IMG/VR virus record: IMGVR_UViG_3300020478_000009
Location: 1-56,319 of that record
From: a virus
Lineage: Duplodnaviria; Caudoviricetes
Reading direction: 5' to 3' (one strand)
DNA: 56,319 nt
Both the position numbers and the translations under genes were made by a program. The notes beneath the pieces are model-generated. The model did no database searches. It was not told the DNA's origin and worked only from the letters and a program-made list of their open reading frames with translations. Positions 8,970 through 17,983 of this stretch are shown here, piece after piece (within the stretch, counting starts at the first letter, position 1; the number at the start of each line of letters is the position of its first letter).

Positions 8970-9608
8970 GTGAGTAAAACTCAGATACTTAAAGACCGAT
9001 TAAAAGAAGAAATTGAAAAAGAAAAGCAATTTACATATTCAGGTGAAGCAGATGTTAATGAATCTATTCATCGGCTAGTAGTTGAAATTGAATATCTTAA
9101 TAATTTGATTTCAACAGGTATAGCTTCAACTCCGCATTACCAGTCGGAGGCAATGAAGGTCGCTAGTGCTATAAACGATGAGACAGCTAAAGAGATGTCG
9201 ATTGAGAAACTGTGCCTCTGGGTAGAAGCTCTTGAAGAAATTAAAAGAGAAATTGGGCCGTTAGTTACAACAATAAATTCTAGTCTTGCTGATTTGATGG
9301 AAAACAATACTCCGATCATGGAGATACCTTCAGCCCCGGTTTTGAAATGGGGAGCGACTAGAAAGTCTTGGGACAATGAATCATTACTTTCTGAAGTTCG
9401 TAAGAGAATAGTTAAAGAAGCTGAAGAGGCTGGTTTGAATGAAGTTCAATTAGTAATTATCAATACGGCTATTACTCAACTTAATCATGTTTATCGTTTA
9501 GCCGGGGCAAATGCGAGAATCAAAGCATTAAAAGAAATGGGCATTGATCCTGATGAGTATTGCGAATCCTTGCCACCAGTTCCTCGTATCCAGTTCTTGA
9601 ACGGATGA
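8970..9608 (+). CDS. Hypothetical phage protein (recombination module)
   Basis: SD AAAGGAG; C-terminal LKEMGIDPDEYC. Confidence 0.65.
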   Translation: MSKTQILKDRLKEEIEKEKQFTYSGEADVNESIHRLVVEIEYLNNLISTGIASTPHYQSEAMKVASAINDETAKEMSIEKLCLWVEALEEIKREIGPLVTTINSSLADLMENNTPIMEIPSAPVLKWGATRKSWDNESLLSEVRKRIVKEAEEAGLNEVQLVIINTAITQLNHVYRLAGANARIKALKEMGIDPDEYCESLPPVPRIQFLNG

Positions 9609-9901
9609 GTTATCCGTATGTGGTTCTTGAGGCGCATTGTAATGAGTGCAACAAGACAGAAGGTATTACTGTAACTATTACAGAATTAAATCTGTGGTTA
9701 AACAGTTTGACACCTATGCAGGACATCTGGTCTCATATTCCTCCTATCGTTAGAGACATTATTCTTGGGTGGAGGTCGACTGACAAGAAGCGAGCTACAA
9801 AAGGTAGAAACGCCTATCTGTGTATGCAATGTGTATCTATAGCTGAAGCTGAAGAAGCAGAAATAGATTATTTCGGTGTTAACGATAAAGGAGAACAATA
9901 A
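9605..9901 (+). CDS. Putative Zn-ribbon protein
   Basis: CNEC and CMQC; ATGA overlap with upstream stop. Confidence 0.55.
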   Translation: MSYPYVVLEAHCNECNKTEGITVTITELNLWLNSLTPMQDIWSHIPPIVRDIILGWRSTDKKRATKGRNAYLCMQCVSIAEAEEAEIDYFGVNDKGEQ

Positions 9902-10335
9902 TGTTACAACCCTCATTTTGGGCAGCTGAAGATGAAATCAGCGCCATAAGCCCTGAGATTATAGGTGGAAAAGTTGGTAAGTATCACCCAGAGACTTCTA
10001 AAAAAGCATCTGCCCGTGTACGCTCTGGTAGTCAACGCTATAACGTTCTTGAAGCTTTACATAACTTTGGTGGAAAAACCGGCTGGGAGCTTTCAGAATA
10101 CTATGTTCGTAAGGAATCTGGCGACAGAATTTCACCAAATCAAATTGCAACTCGTCTGGGAGAGCTACGAGAATTAGGATTAGTCAAGAGAACGCGCGTA
10201 TCTAAAGACGGTGAATGGTTAGAACGTGTAACAACAAGCGGTAATACTGCTATAGTGCATGAGATAACGTTATTAGGAATAGAAACTCTTATAGCAGAAC
10301 AGACTCGTTCTAACAAAGAAAAGGAGACAAAATGA
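9901..10335 (+). CDS. Winged-HTH DNA-binding protein
   Basis: HPETSKKA, TGWELS, IATRLGELRELGLV. Confidence 0.65.
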   Translation: MLQPSFWAAEDEISAISPEIIGGKVGKYHPETSKKASARVRSGSQRYNVLEALHNFGGKTGWELSEYYVRKESGDRISPNQIATRLGELRELGLVKRTRVSKDGEWLERVTTSGNTAIVHEITLLGIETLIAEQTRSNKEKETK

Positions 10336-10988
10336 CAACAAAAGAAAACGAAGAGTATCCACTTTCAATCGAGGTGCTTTTGCATCGAGTGATGGCTGAT
10401 ATTGGAGTAGTAGAAAAAACCGGTTACAACAAATCCCAAAATTTTTATCATCGAACTATCGATGACACGATGAACGCTGCCCATAGGGCTTTAATAGCTC
10501 ATGGAGTTATTGTTTTACCAAAAGTTTTAAATAAAACCAGTGAGCGTGTAGCAACAAAAGGTGGAGGAACTGCTCAAAGAGTAGAGTTAACTGTTGGTTA
10601 CTCATTTGTTGGCCCTACTGGCGATTGCCTGACCGCTACTGTTGTTTCGGAAAGTATTGACTATGGAGATAAAGCAACTAGCAAAGCTATGAGTATGGCT
10701 CTTAAAGTTGCACTGCTTCAATCCTTGATGATTCCTACTGACGAGCTTGATCCTGATTCTGAGACTTACGAATTAGACGATCCCAGTATTAGTGAAGAAG
10801 AATTGAAACAAATCAATAAGTGGTTTTCAAGTATTGAGGATACAGAAAAACGTAAACACGCTAAACAACAATTCATAGACAAGTTCAGTTGTCGCCCTAT
10901 AGAATTGAAAGCTAATCGCATGTCTGATTTTTATGACTGGGCAGGTGCGTATATGGCTGATATAAGCGTGGAGGAAATTGGTGACTGA
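10332..10988 (+). CDS. erf: ERF-family single-strand annealing protein
   Basis: KTGYNKSQNF, GDKATSKAMSMALKVALLQSLMIPT..DPD. Confidence 0.88.
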   Translation: MTTKENEEYPLSIEVLLHRVMADIGVVEKTGYNKSQNFYHRTIDDTMNAAHRALIAHGVIVLPKVLNKTSERVATKGGGTAQRVELTVGYSFVGPTGDCLTATVVSESIDYGDKATSKAMSMALKVALLQSLMIPTDELDPDSETYELDDPSISEEELKQINKWFSSIEDTEKRKHAKQQFIDKFSCRPIELKANRMSDFYDWAGAYMADISVEEIGD

Positions 10989-11739
10989 AGAAAGACTTTG
11001 GAGTGATACTGGTTATTTTACAATAATCCCGGAATGGGTTTTAGATGCAAAGATAAGTGATGGTGCTGTTCGATTATATGGAATCTTAGGTCGTTACAGT
11101 GATGCTGAGGATAAATGTTTTCCTTCGCGTGGAACTCTGGCAACACGAATGCAAACTACAACAAAGAGTGTTGATCGCCGTATCGCTGAGTTAGTTGCAA
11201 TCGGGGCTTTAACTGTTGAGCATCGTTTAGCTGATAGTCCTTCCGGGAACAAATTTCATCGTTCCAACATTTATCATTTAAAACGAATAAACCCGCAAGG
11301 GGTAGGGACACAGTTGTCCCTAGGTAGTGATACTGCTGTCTCTAGGGTGGGGACACCGGTGTCTCAAGGTAGGGACACCACCGTCTCGCATAACGAGAGC
11401 CAAGAACGTGAGCCAATAGAATCAGATTTACTCTCAGAAAAAGAAGACGCATATATTCTTTGTAAAGTTCTTGCTTCTGCGATTTCAGCAGATGGAACTA
11501 TTGAACCTAAGATTACAAAAAGATGGATAATAGAAATGGATAGACTGTTAAGAATAGACCAACAACCAGTTGATGTTGTCCATGAAATGATTCAATGGTC
11601 AGCGGCAGATGATTTTTGGTGTACAAACATATTGTCTCCTCAGAAGTTGAGGAAACATTTTCCACGTTTGATTAAACAGAAACAAAGAGAAAAAGGGAGT
11701 TCACGCACCAGTCGGTTGTTATCTGTATTAGATGAGTAA
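10978..11739 (+). CDS. Replication initiator (HTH_36 N-terminus, lambda O-like organisation)
   Basis: FTIIPEWV, CFPSRGTLA, internal iterons, C-terminal DDFW..NILSPQKLRK. Confidence 0.8.
   Translation: MVTEERLWSDTGYFTIIPEWVLDAKISDGAVRLYGILGRYSDAEDKCFPSRGTLATRMQTTTKSVDRRIAELVAIGALTVEHRLADSPSGNKFHRSNIYHLKRINPQGVGTQLSLGSDTAVSRVGTPVSQGRDTTVSHNESQEREPIESDLLSEKEDAYILCKVLASAISADGTIEPKITKRWIIEMDRLLRIDQQPVDVVHEMIQWSAADDFWCTNILSPQKLRKHFPRLIKQKQREKGSSRTSRLLSVLDE
11301..11389 (+). repeat. Four ~22-bp iterons (GGTRGKGAYAC..GTCYC), putative replication origin
   Basis: Copies start at 11301, 11323, 11346 and 11368 inside the initiator gene. Confidence 0.75.
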
Positions 11740-11748
11740 AGGAGAGAA

Positions 11749-12171
11749 ATGAATAAAGGAGAAATTAAAGAAGTCCTTGGGATGTTACTTGGGGCTTTTC
11801 CTAGAAATGGTTTAGACGATGATGGTATCAGAATGTGGTCTGAGGCCTTACAAGATTTTAAAGTTGATGAAGCTAAAGCAACTGCTAGCCGGTTTGTGCA
11901 GGATGAAGAGTTCATGCCATCGATAGCTAAGTTTCGAGCTACTCATCGTAATTTAATAAGTGCTGCAAAAAGAAAAGATTTAGGTAAATGCACTAGAACA
12001 GATTGCTGGTCAGGGTGGGTAGATGCAAATTACTTGGAAAACAAAGTTGATCCTGACACTGAGGAAATAACCCAACATGAGCATCAGGCAGTAAGACCAT
12101 GTTCTGGATGTCGCCCAGAGTTGTATCAAAGGTGGTTAGATGGAACTATTCACCAGTCTTTAACACAGTAA
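11749..12171 (+). CDS. Helicase loader/inhibitor-like protein with C-terminal Zn finger
   Basis: AFP..W..LQD..FMPSIAKF pattern; directly follows the initiator. Confidence 0.6.
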   Translation: MNKGEIKEVLGMLLGAFPRNGLDDDGIRMWSEALQDFKVDEAKATASRFVQDEEFMPSIAKFRATHRNLISAAKRKDLGKCTRTDCWSGWVDANYLENKVDPDTEEITQHEHQAVRPCSGCRPELYQRWLDGTIHQSLTQ

Positions 12172-12172
12172 A

Positions 12173-12814
12173 ATGACAGCAAAATTATTTTCAGCCTTAA
12201 CAGCTTTTATGGCAATGTTTAATACTTGTACTGGACAAATTGCCGAAACGCCGGGAGTCGCTCACATAAATGAGCCTGTAGTGACCCACACAGCGATCAC
12301 AGACTCTTCTTCAGTAGAACGCACTCCTATCCCTCTTTATCACCAGCAGGCTTTCAGAACAGCTATAGAACGCCCTCAGGAGCCAATAGATTTAAACGGC
12401 TACGGTAGATGGTTAAAAGCACAGGGGAAACTGGAAGAATGTCCTATAAATAAGCCCTGTGAAATTGATCCTGAGCTTTATATAGAGCAATTACCAACTC
12501 TGGAAGAACTGGTTAACTGGTTTTTCCCTAAATGGTCTGATCGTCAACTGTTTCTAAGGATAGCTTTTTGCGAGTCGAGTGCTAAACCTACAGATAAGTA
12601 TTCAACAGCGGTTAATAAATCTAGTGGAGCTTCAGGCTGGTTTCAACACTTACCAAAATTTTGGTTAGAACGAACCAAAAAAAGCGAATATTTTGATGGT
12701 TTTCATATTCTTGATCCGATTGCGAACGTAGGTATGGCGGCTTGGATTTATTTTAATTTGCCGGGCGGTAGTAGTCATTGGTATCCCAGTCGTTCATGTT
12801 GGGAGAAGCAATGA
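12173..12814 (+). CDS. Exported lytic transglycosylase-like (lysozyme fold) protein
   Basis: Signal-like N-terminus; RIAFCESS..AVN..GASGWFQ..ANV..AA. Confidence 0.7.
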   Translation: MTAKLFSALTAFMAMFNTCTGQIAETPGVAHINEPVVTHTAITDSSSVERTPIPLYHQQAFRTAIERPQEPIDLNGYGRWLKAQGKLEECPINKPCEIDPELYIEQLPTLEELVNWFFPKWSDRQLFLRIAFCESSAKPTDKYSTAVNKSSGASGWFQHLPKFWLERTKKSEYFDGFHILDPIANVGMAAWIYFNLPGGSSHWYPSRSCWEKQ

Positions 12815-13791
12815 GTCCTGCATGGGGTTGTGTACCACCTGTGGATAAACCATATAAACATGGCTCTTTTTGCACAGGCTACGGCGGTTTAGATATGGCT
12901 ATTGAAGAGTTTTTTGATGCTGAAACTGTTTGGTATTCTGAAATAGAAGCATCTTGTAATACGTTGTTAGAGCAACATGGATATAGAAATAATTTAGGTG
13001 ATTTAACAAAAATAGACTGGAACGAGGTAGAACAAGTAGATATTATGTCTGCTGGTTTCCCTTGCCAGCCGTTTAGTATCGCAGGCTCAAGGAAGGGTTT
13101 TAATGATGAAAGAGCAATCTTTGAATGGATCGCGGACGGTATTAGCATTTTACGACCAAGAATTGTCGTGTTGGAGAATGTCGGAGGCCTCCTTACTCTT
13201 GGAGGAACCAGCGTTGTTGGATTACTTACCCGCATCGGGTATGACTGTAGATGGAGCGTTGTTTCCGCTTCCGAAGCCGGAGCGCCACACCAACGAAGAA
13301 GATGGTTCTGCATTGCAGAGGCGAAAAACTTTATTGCCTACACCGATGGCACACGACCACAAAGACACAGGATTAGCTCCATCACAGGAGAACAGGGGGA
13401 CACGGACACTTCCAGTGGTACTACATTTGCTACCAACACCGCTAGCACTCGGCTCGAACGACAGCGGTTTAGCTCCAACACAACTTCGAGGAAACTTTCA
13501 ATCAACTTCGGCAGTGCTACGGAAAATAGCGAACAACCAGACTTCGTGTGGGGAAAATACGAAGGAGCCATTAGAAGATGGGAACACATTATTGGGAGAT
13601 TGGCTCCATACCCAGTAGCTGAGAGAGGAGTTAATCCAGCGTTTACAGAATGGATGATGGGTTTACCTGAAAATCATGTGTGTAATCGAGGTTTATCAAG
13701 AGCAAAAGAATTAAGGATGCTTGGCAACGGTGTGGTTCCTCAGCAGGCGCTTTTGGCTTTAGAGATGTTGTATGACTGGAGATGCGACTAA
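12811..13791 (+). CDS. C5-cytosine DNA methyltransferase, copy 1
   Basis: FCTGYGG, GFPCQPFS, ENV, QRRRWF, EWMMGLP, LGNGVVP. Confidence 0.93.
   Translation: MSPAWGCVPPVDKPYKHGSFCTGYGGLDMAIEEFFDAETVWYSEIEASCNTLLEQHGYRNNLGDLTKIDWNEVEQVDIMSAGFPCQPFSIAGSRKGFNDERAIFEWIADGISILRPRIVVLENVGGLLTLGGTSVVGLLTRIGYDCRWSVVSASEAGAPHQRRRWFCIAEAKNFIAYTDGTRPQRHRISSITGEQGDTDTSSGTTFATNTASTRLERQRFSSNTTSRKLSINFGSATENSEQPDFVWGKYEGAIRRWEHIIGRLAPYPVAERGVNPAFTEWMMGLPENHVCNRGLSRAKELRMLGNGVVPQQALLALEMLYDWRCD
13103..13618 (+). CDS. Nested +1-frame ORF in MTase 1 (putative beta subunit)
   Basis: 171-aa open frame; AAGGAAGG upstream; two LLPTP repeats; paralogous to 14056-14484. Confidence 0.6.
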   Translation: MMKEQSLNGSRTVLAFYDQELSCWRMSEASLLLEEPALLDYLPASGMTVDGALFPLPKPERHTNEEDGSALQRRKTLLPTPMAHDHKDTGLAPSQENRGTRTLPVVLHLLPTPLALGSNDSGLAPTQLRGNFQSTSAVLRKIANNQTSCGENTKEPLEDGNTLLGDWLHTQ

Positions 13792-14630
13792 TGAATGAAT
13801 CACTAACTCACGGCTCTTTTTGTACAGGCTATGGAGGGCTTGACATGGCTGTAGAGGAATTTTTTGGAGCTTCAACTGTCTGGTATTCTGAAATAGACTC
13901 AGCGTGTAATAAGCTTTTAGCTAAATATGGTTATGAAACAAATTTAGGTGATTTAACAAAAATAGACTGGGATAAGGTAGAGCCTGTCGATATCATGTCG
14001 GCTGGTTTTCCTTGCCAACCTTTTAGTTTTGCAGGAGAAAGAAAAGGAGAAGAAGATGAAAGAGCAATTTTCCAGTGGATCGCTGACGGCATTAGCGTTC
14101 TTCGACCAAGAATCGTCGTGTTGGAAAATGTCGCAGGAATCCTTAATCTCGGAGGACCATCAGTCCTTGGAGCTATTGCCAGCTTGGGGTATGACGCAAG
14201 ATGGGGCATTGTACGGGCTTCCGATGTCGGAGCACCACATCAGCGACAAAGATGGTTTTGCGTTGCTAACGACACCACAAGCGTCAGAGAACATCCGGGG
14301 CAGACCGAAAAGATTCGAGGAGAGAGTACACAAGGCGAAAAAAGAGTACCGGTACGATTTAGCAGACCAGATAGTCTACATAGCGATTTTGAATGGGGGC
14401 GATATGGGCCTGCTATTAAACGATGGGAAGGCGTTTTGGGAAGGTCGGCTCCAGAACCCTGCACAAACGTCAATGACAGATTGATAAATAGTTCTTTTTT
14501 GGAATGGATGATGGGTTTACCTGAAAATCATGTATGCAATCAGGGGTTAAGCACATCTCAAGAGTTGCACGCCTTAGGTAATGGCGTAGTTCCCCAGCAG
14601 GCTTATCATGCTTTGGAGTTGTTGGTATGA
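13791..14630 (+). CDS. C5-cytosine DNA methyltransferase, copy 2
   Basis: Same motifs as copy 1; TAATG coupling at 13789-13793. Confidence 0.93.
   Translation: MNESLTHGSFCTGYGGLDMAVEEFFGASTVWYSEIDSACNKLLAKYGYETNLGDLTKIDWDKVEPVDIMSAGFPCQPFSFAGERKGEEDERAIFQWIADGISVLRPRIVVLENVAGILNLGGPSVLGAIASLGYDARWGIVRASDVGAPHQRQRWFCVANDTTSVREHPGQTEKIRGESTQGEKRVPVRFSRPDSLHSDFEWGRYGPAIKRWEGVLGRSAPEPCTNVNDRLINSSFLEWMMGLPENHVCNQGLSTSQELHALGNGVVPQQAYHALELLV
14056..14484 (+). CDS. Nested +1-frame ORF in MTase 2 (putative beta subunit)
   Basis: SD AAAGGAG at 14043-14049, 6 nt before ATG 14056; SCWKMSQ..LPAWGMTQDGALY..LLTTPQASE. Confidence 0.62.
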   Translation: MKEQFSSGSLTALAFFDQESSCWKMSQESLISEDHQSLELLPAWGMTQDGALYGLPMSEHHISDKDGFALLTTPQASENIRGRPKRFEERVHKAKKEYRYDLADQIVYIAILNGGDMGLLLNDGKAFWEGRLQNPAQTSMTD

Positions 14631-14878
14631 CACATCATCAAATGAAATGTGCTACTGGATGTATAAACCAGTCACCTTTATGTCGTTGGTGTATTCCTAC
14701 TGGTTGGCGGTTCCCGGTTAGAAAATGCAATCACGACTGGGAAGATGCTATTGCAGTAACAAAAGAAACAGAGATTTTAAAAGAATTAAAAAGTAAAAAA
14801 CATAAAAGCAAAGAATCTTTACGTTATGAGTTTTGGCTTCGATGCGTAAAGTGTGAAAGTTTCAAGGCAATTATATGA
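14627..14878 (+). CDS. Cys-rich hypothetical protein
   Basis: Several CxxC/CxH pairs; coupled to both neighbours. Confidence 0.55.
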   Translation: MTHHQMKCATGCINQSPLCRWCIPTGWRFPVRKCNHDWEDAIAVTKETEILKELKSKKHKSKESLRYEFWLRCVKCESFKAII

Positions 14879-15762
14879 AGTATTACATTCAGCTATGGTC
14901 AATGGTGATTATAGGGCTTTTAATCTGTGGGATTATGTGGCTTGCTTGTGAACCACATACAGCTAAAGCTCATCACGACAGAATATACACACCCTGTGAC
15001 ACAACTACTGGGCATGTTCACATGAGCTACGAAGAAATGGTTGCTCGTATCTCAATAATGGAACAAGACGGAACTATTCCACCGGGCATGATCTCACGTT
15101 ATGTAGAAGCTAGAGATGGCGGTAAAGGTAATGACGATCCTCGTTTTGTTTGGGCTAGAAATCTGGAAGAAGGACAAATACTTTCTTTAGGAAACTGGGC
15201 AAGCGGGCATCATCCTGAGCTTGAACAACTTGTGCTTAATTCAGGGCTTGTAGCTGAATGGCAGTTGGATGCTAATAAAACAGTAAGACGATTTAATGAT
15301 CCTTACTGGATGCAAGCAAATCCGCTGTCACCAGCATTTACGGTCTGGGAGTCTCTTTGCATGGCTAATCTTGGTTATTCGATTCCAATGTTTGAAGTAG
15401 ACGATAATGGAGAATGGGTGTCTAATGTGCCTACCGTCACTACAACCACACCACCACCAACCACAACTATTATTGTTGAAGAAATTACTTTTGATGGCGG
15501 TACAAGTATTAACATTACTGACCCTGATGTAGTCCCTGTAATTCTTGCGCCAGTGTATGAAGAACCTTCTTTTAGTTGGGTTGAAAGATGGTTTCAAGCT
15601 GAGTGGGATGATTTTCCTTTTGAAGACACGATTAAGCTTTTAGAGGAAAGATACCCACCTAACACTCCTAAGAAGTATCATTTTAGATTATCCACTGCTG
15701 TAGAGTTTTTAAGAGAAGGTGGCAAACTTAAAGGATTAGATAATGTTTGGAATGGTGAATGA
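14875..15762 (+). CDS. Exported/membrane-anchored hypothetical protein with Thr/Pro linker
   Basis: Hydrophobic N-terminus; PTVTTTTPPPTTT. Confidence 0.65.
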   Translation: MKYYIQLWSMVIIGLLICGIMWLACEPHTAKAHHDRIYTPCDTTTGHVHMSYEEMVARISIMEQDGTIPPGMISRYVEARDGGKGNDDPRFVWARNLEEGQILSLGNWASGHHPELEQLVLNSGLVAEWQLDANKTVRRFNDPYWMQANPLSPAFTVWESLCMANLGYSIPMFEVDDNGEWVSNVPTVTTTTPPPTTTIIVEEITFDGGTSINITDPDVVPVILAPVYEEPSFSWVERWFQAEWDDFPFEDTIKLLEERYPPNTPKKYHFRLSTAVEFLREGGKLKGLDNVWNGE

Positions 15763-15916
15763 TTTACTCAGGTGAAAATCTTGACGATTTCAATTTTTCT
15801 ACTCAATGGTTGAATAAGAAACCAATTAAAGTTAAAGAAGCTGTTGTTTGTCATTGTGGAGATGTTGAAAGTTCTCATTCGATAAAACAAAAACGTATTT
15901 GTAGGAATGGGGCTTA

Positions 15917-16207
15917 GTGTTAGCACAAGTAGATGTTGAGGTTTGGAGTAAAGACGAAGAGGGTAACCCAGTAGTGGCTCATCAGAGTCTTTTAGAAAAC
16001 ATTGAACGTGTCATTACTTATTCGACTATGGAGTATGACGGTATCCCGGAAGAAAACACTGGTTTCTTTTATGAAGTGATTGTTACTAAAGGAATGATTG
16101 AAGTTAATCAATTTGATGAAAGTGGTGAGTTTTTAAAAGGTGGCTTTATGCCATTAAGTAATTACCCAGTTTCATTAAGCAATACTTTTATCGAGAAAGA
16201 GAAATGA
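15917..16207 (+). CDS. Hypothetical protein
   Basis: ORF coupled to the downstream HNH gene. Confidence 0.5.
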   Translation: MLAQVDVEVWSKDEEGNPVVAHQSLLENIERVITYSTMEYDGIPEENTGFFYEVIVTKGMIEVNQFDESGEFLKGGFMPLSNYPVSLSNTFIEKEK

Positions 16208-16593
16208 AGCGCACACCGTTAAAAAGAAAAACACCTCTTAAAAGAAAAACACCATTAAGACCTGTTAGTAAGAAGCGTCAACGTATTCAGGCTCAACGCC
16301 GGGAACTTGTGAGAAACGAGTTGGAGTATAGACAGTGGTGTGAAGCAGGGCCTCATATTACTAGATTTCTGGTTTCACAATTAACTGAAAGTATGAAGCG
16401 TTCAGTTGAAGGTAAAACTGTTTGTCAGGGGCGTTCTGTTGATATTCATGAGCCTTTAACTAGAGCTAGAGGTGGTTCTATCTTAGATACTGAGAACACT
16501 ATGGCTGTTTGTCGGGCGTGTCACGATTGGATTCATACACATCCTGAGAACGCAAAGCATTTAGGTTTGTTAAAATCAAATTATGACTCTTAA
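16204..16593 (+). CDS. HNH endonuclease-like protein
   Basis: KRTPLKRK repeats; DIHEPLTRARGG..N..VCRACHDWIH. Confidence 0.8.
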   Translation: MKRTPLKRKTPLKRKTPLRPVSKKRQRIQAQRRELVRNELEYRQWCEAGPHITRFLVSQLTESMKRSVEGKTVCQGRSVDIHEPLTRARGGSILDTENTMAVCRACHDWIHTHPENAKHLGLLKSNYDS

Positions 16594-16719
16594 ATGTCAT
16601 TGCGGTAGACGCGCTGCTTGGGTAGTTGAGCATAAGAAAAAATCGTTTGAGCTTTGCGAAAGTTGTGCATGGACTTATGCGGCTGACAAGGTTTTAACTC
16701 CGATTGAAGCGGTGAAGAA

Positions 16720-17058
16720 ATGATTGTTCAGGGGCAGATCGAGGAACAAATTTTAGAGCTTGTTGACGAACTGGAAAAAACAACGGATGTGTTCGCTACT
16801 TGTATTGAGGAAACGGCTCGCGCTGATGTGGCTTACAAGCGTTCTTATTCGATTGCTTTGGCTAAGAGGGCTTCTGATTTTCCCAAGGAAACGGTGGCTG
16901 TCCGGGAAGCAAAAGTGATGACTGAAACGATTGATGAGCTTGCTGTGTCTAAGATTCTTGGAGCTAAAGAGAAAGCTGTTAAAGAGAAGCTGATTAGTTT
17001 GCGTTCTCAGTTGGATGCTTTGCGAACGTTATCTGCGAATGTTCGCGCTCAAACCTAA
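16720..17058 (+). CDS. Coiled-coil hypothetical protein
   Basis: Helical; C-terminal LRSQLDALRTLSANVR. Confidence 0.6.
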   Translation: MIVQGQIEEQILELVDELEKTTDVFATCIEETARADVAYKRSYSIALAKRASDFPKETVAVREAKVMTETIDELAVSKILGAKEKAVKEKLISLRSQLDALRTLSANVRAQT

Positions 17059-17069
17059 AAAAAATTTTC

Positions 17070-17186
17070 AAAACCCTTGATTTTATAGGGATTTTTAGCA
17101 TAAATTTCTTTCGCCCAATCACGCATTATCACGCTATATGAGGTTATAATAAATATATGAGATCAACCGCAAAGGAGAGAAATTAA
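17070..17186 (+). promoter_or_regulatory. Island promoter: palindrome, phased ACGCTATA repeats, -10 TATAAT, strong RBS
   Basis: AAACCCTTGATTTTATAGGG at 17071-17090; repeats at 17121/17131/17141; TATAAT at 17145. Confidence 0.7.
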
Positions 17187-17402
17187 ATGAGTTGGTACGG
17201 AAATGATATGAAAGATGGAGTGGCAGTTTATCGGGAAAGCCATCCTGAGACTGAGGCTGATAAAGCAAGAGCCGCTGAAGCTCTAGTTCGTTTCAATAAA
17301 GAAAAAGCAGAACGTGATGCTTATTGGAAAGATCGGCAAGATGAAGTTCAAGCCGCAAATCAAGCATTATGGGATGCTTACAATGAAGGGAGAAATCAAT
17401 GA
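17187..17402 (+). CDS. Hypothetical protein
   Basis: SD AAAGGAGA. Confidence 0.6.
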   Translation: MSWYGNDMKDGVAVYRESHPETEADKARAAEALVRFNKEKAERDAYWKDRQDEVQAANQALWDAYNEGRNQ

Positions 17403-17764
17403 TTGATTATGAAGCAGTTCATGTCAAAGCTCACGTAGCTGGTCTTGAAGCTGGTCGCAATGTTGATGCTGAAAAGTATCACGCTGTTGATGAAGCGACT
17501 GGGAAGGTTTACGAACCATTCGAGTTGTGCGGTTTCGCTACCGTTCAGGTGAAGGGCGCTAACAAGGGCTTTGGTAAGTGGTTAGCTAACAATGAGGGGC
17601 GGACAGACCGTTACTATGGTGGTGCGGCTCTTCATGTGTTTCACTTTAATCAGAGTTGGGAAAGGAAAGGCGCTTACGCAAGAGCTTATGCGAAGACTGC
17701 GACAGCGTTACTAGCTGAACAAGGTGAAGAAGTAGAGATTTGGACTACTAACAATATGGACTAA
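17399..17764 (+). CDS. Hypothetical phage protein (CGFA..QSWERK..ARAYA motif)
   Basis: Coupled start; motif pattern recalled from small phage proteins. Confidence 0.65.
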   Translation: MIDYEAVHVKAHVAGLEAGRNVDAEKYHAVDEATGKVYEPFELCGFATVQVKGANKGFGKWLANNEGRTDRYYGGAALHVFHFNQSWERKGAYARAYAKTATALLAEQGEEVEIWTTNNMD

Positions 17765-17782
17765 TAAGAAAGGAGAAAAATA

Positions 17783-17959
17783 ATGAAAGTTACAAGTATA
17801 AAGTATTTTGAAACATCTAGAGGAGTTGGCTATGAAGCTAAAACTGACGAAGGTGTTATTTGGAATAATGGTGATGGTGGTGCTACCTATCACATACCAG
17901 ATGTTGGTTTAGATGAGTTTCAATTAGAAGAACTTATTGATGTGTTTGAAGGAGTTTAA
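17783..17959 (+). CDS. Hypothetical 58-aa protein (not in ORF track)
   Basis: SD GAAAGGAGA; MKVTSIKYFETSRGVGYEAKTDEGVIWNNGDGG... Confidence 0.65.
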   Translation: MKVTSIKYFETSRGVGYEAKTDEGVIWNNGDGGATYHIPDVGLDEFQLEELIDVFEGV

Positions 17960-17983
17960 AGCAAATTAAGAAAGGAGAAAATA

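Noticed and set aside
12879-14473. Minus-strand ORFs conserved in both MTases
   Set aside because: Explained as antisense shadows of the duplicated coding sequence; no SD or motifs, unlike the +1 ORFs
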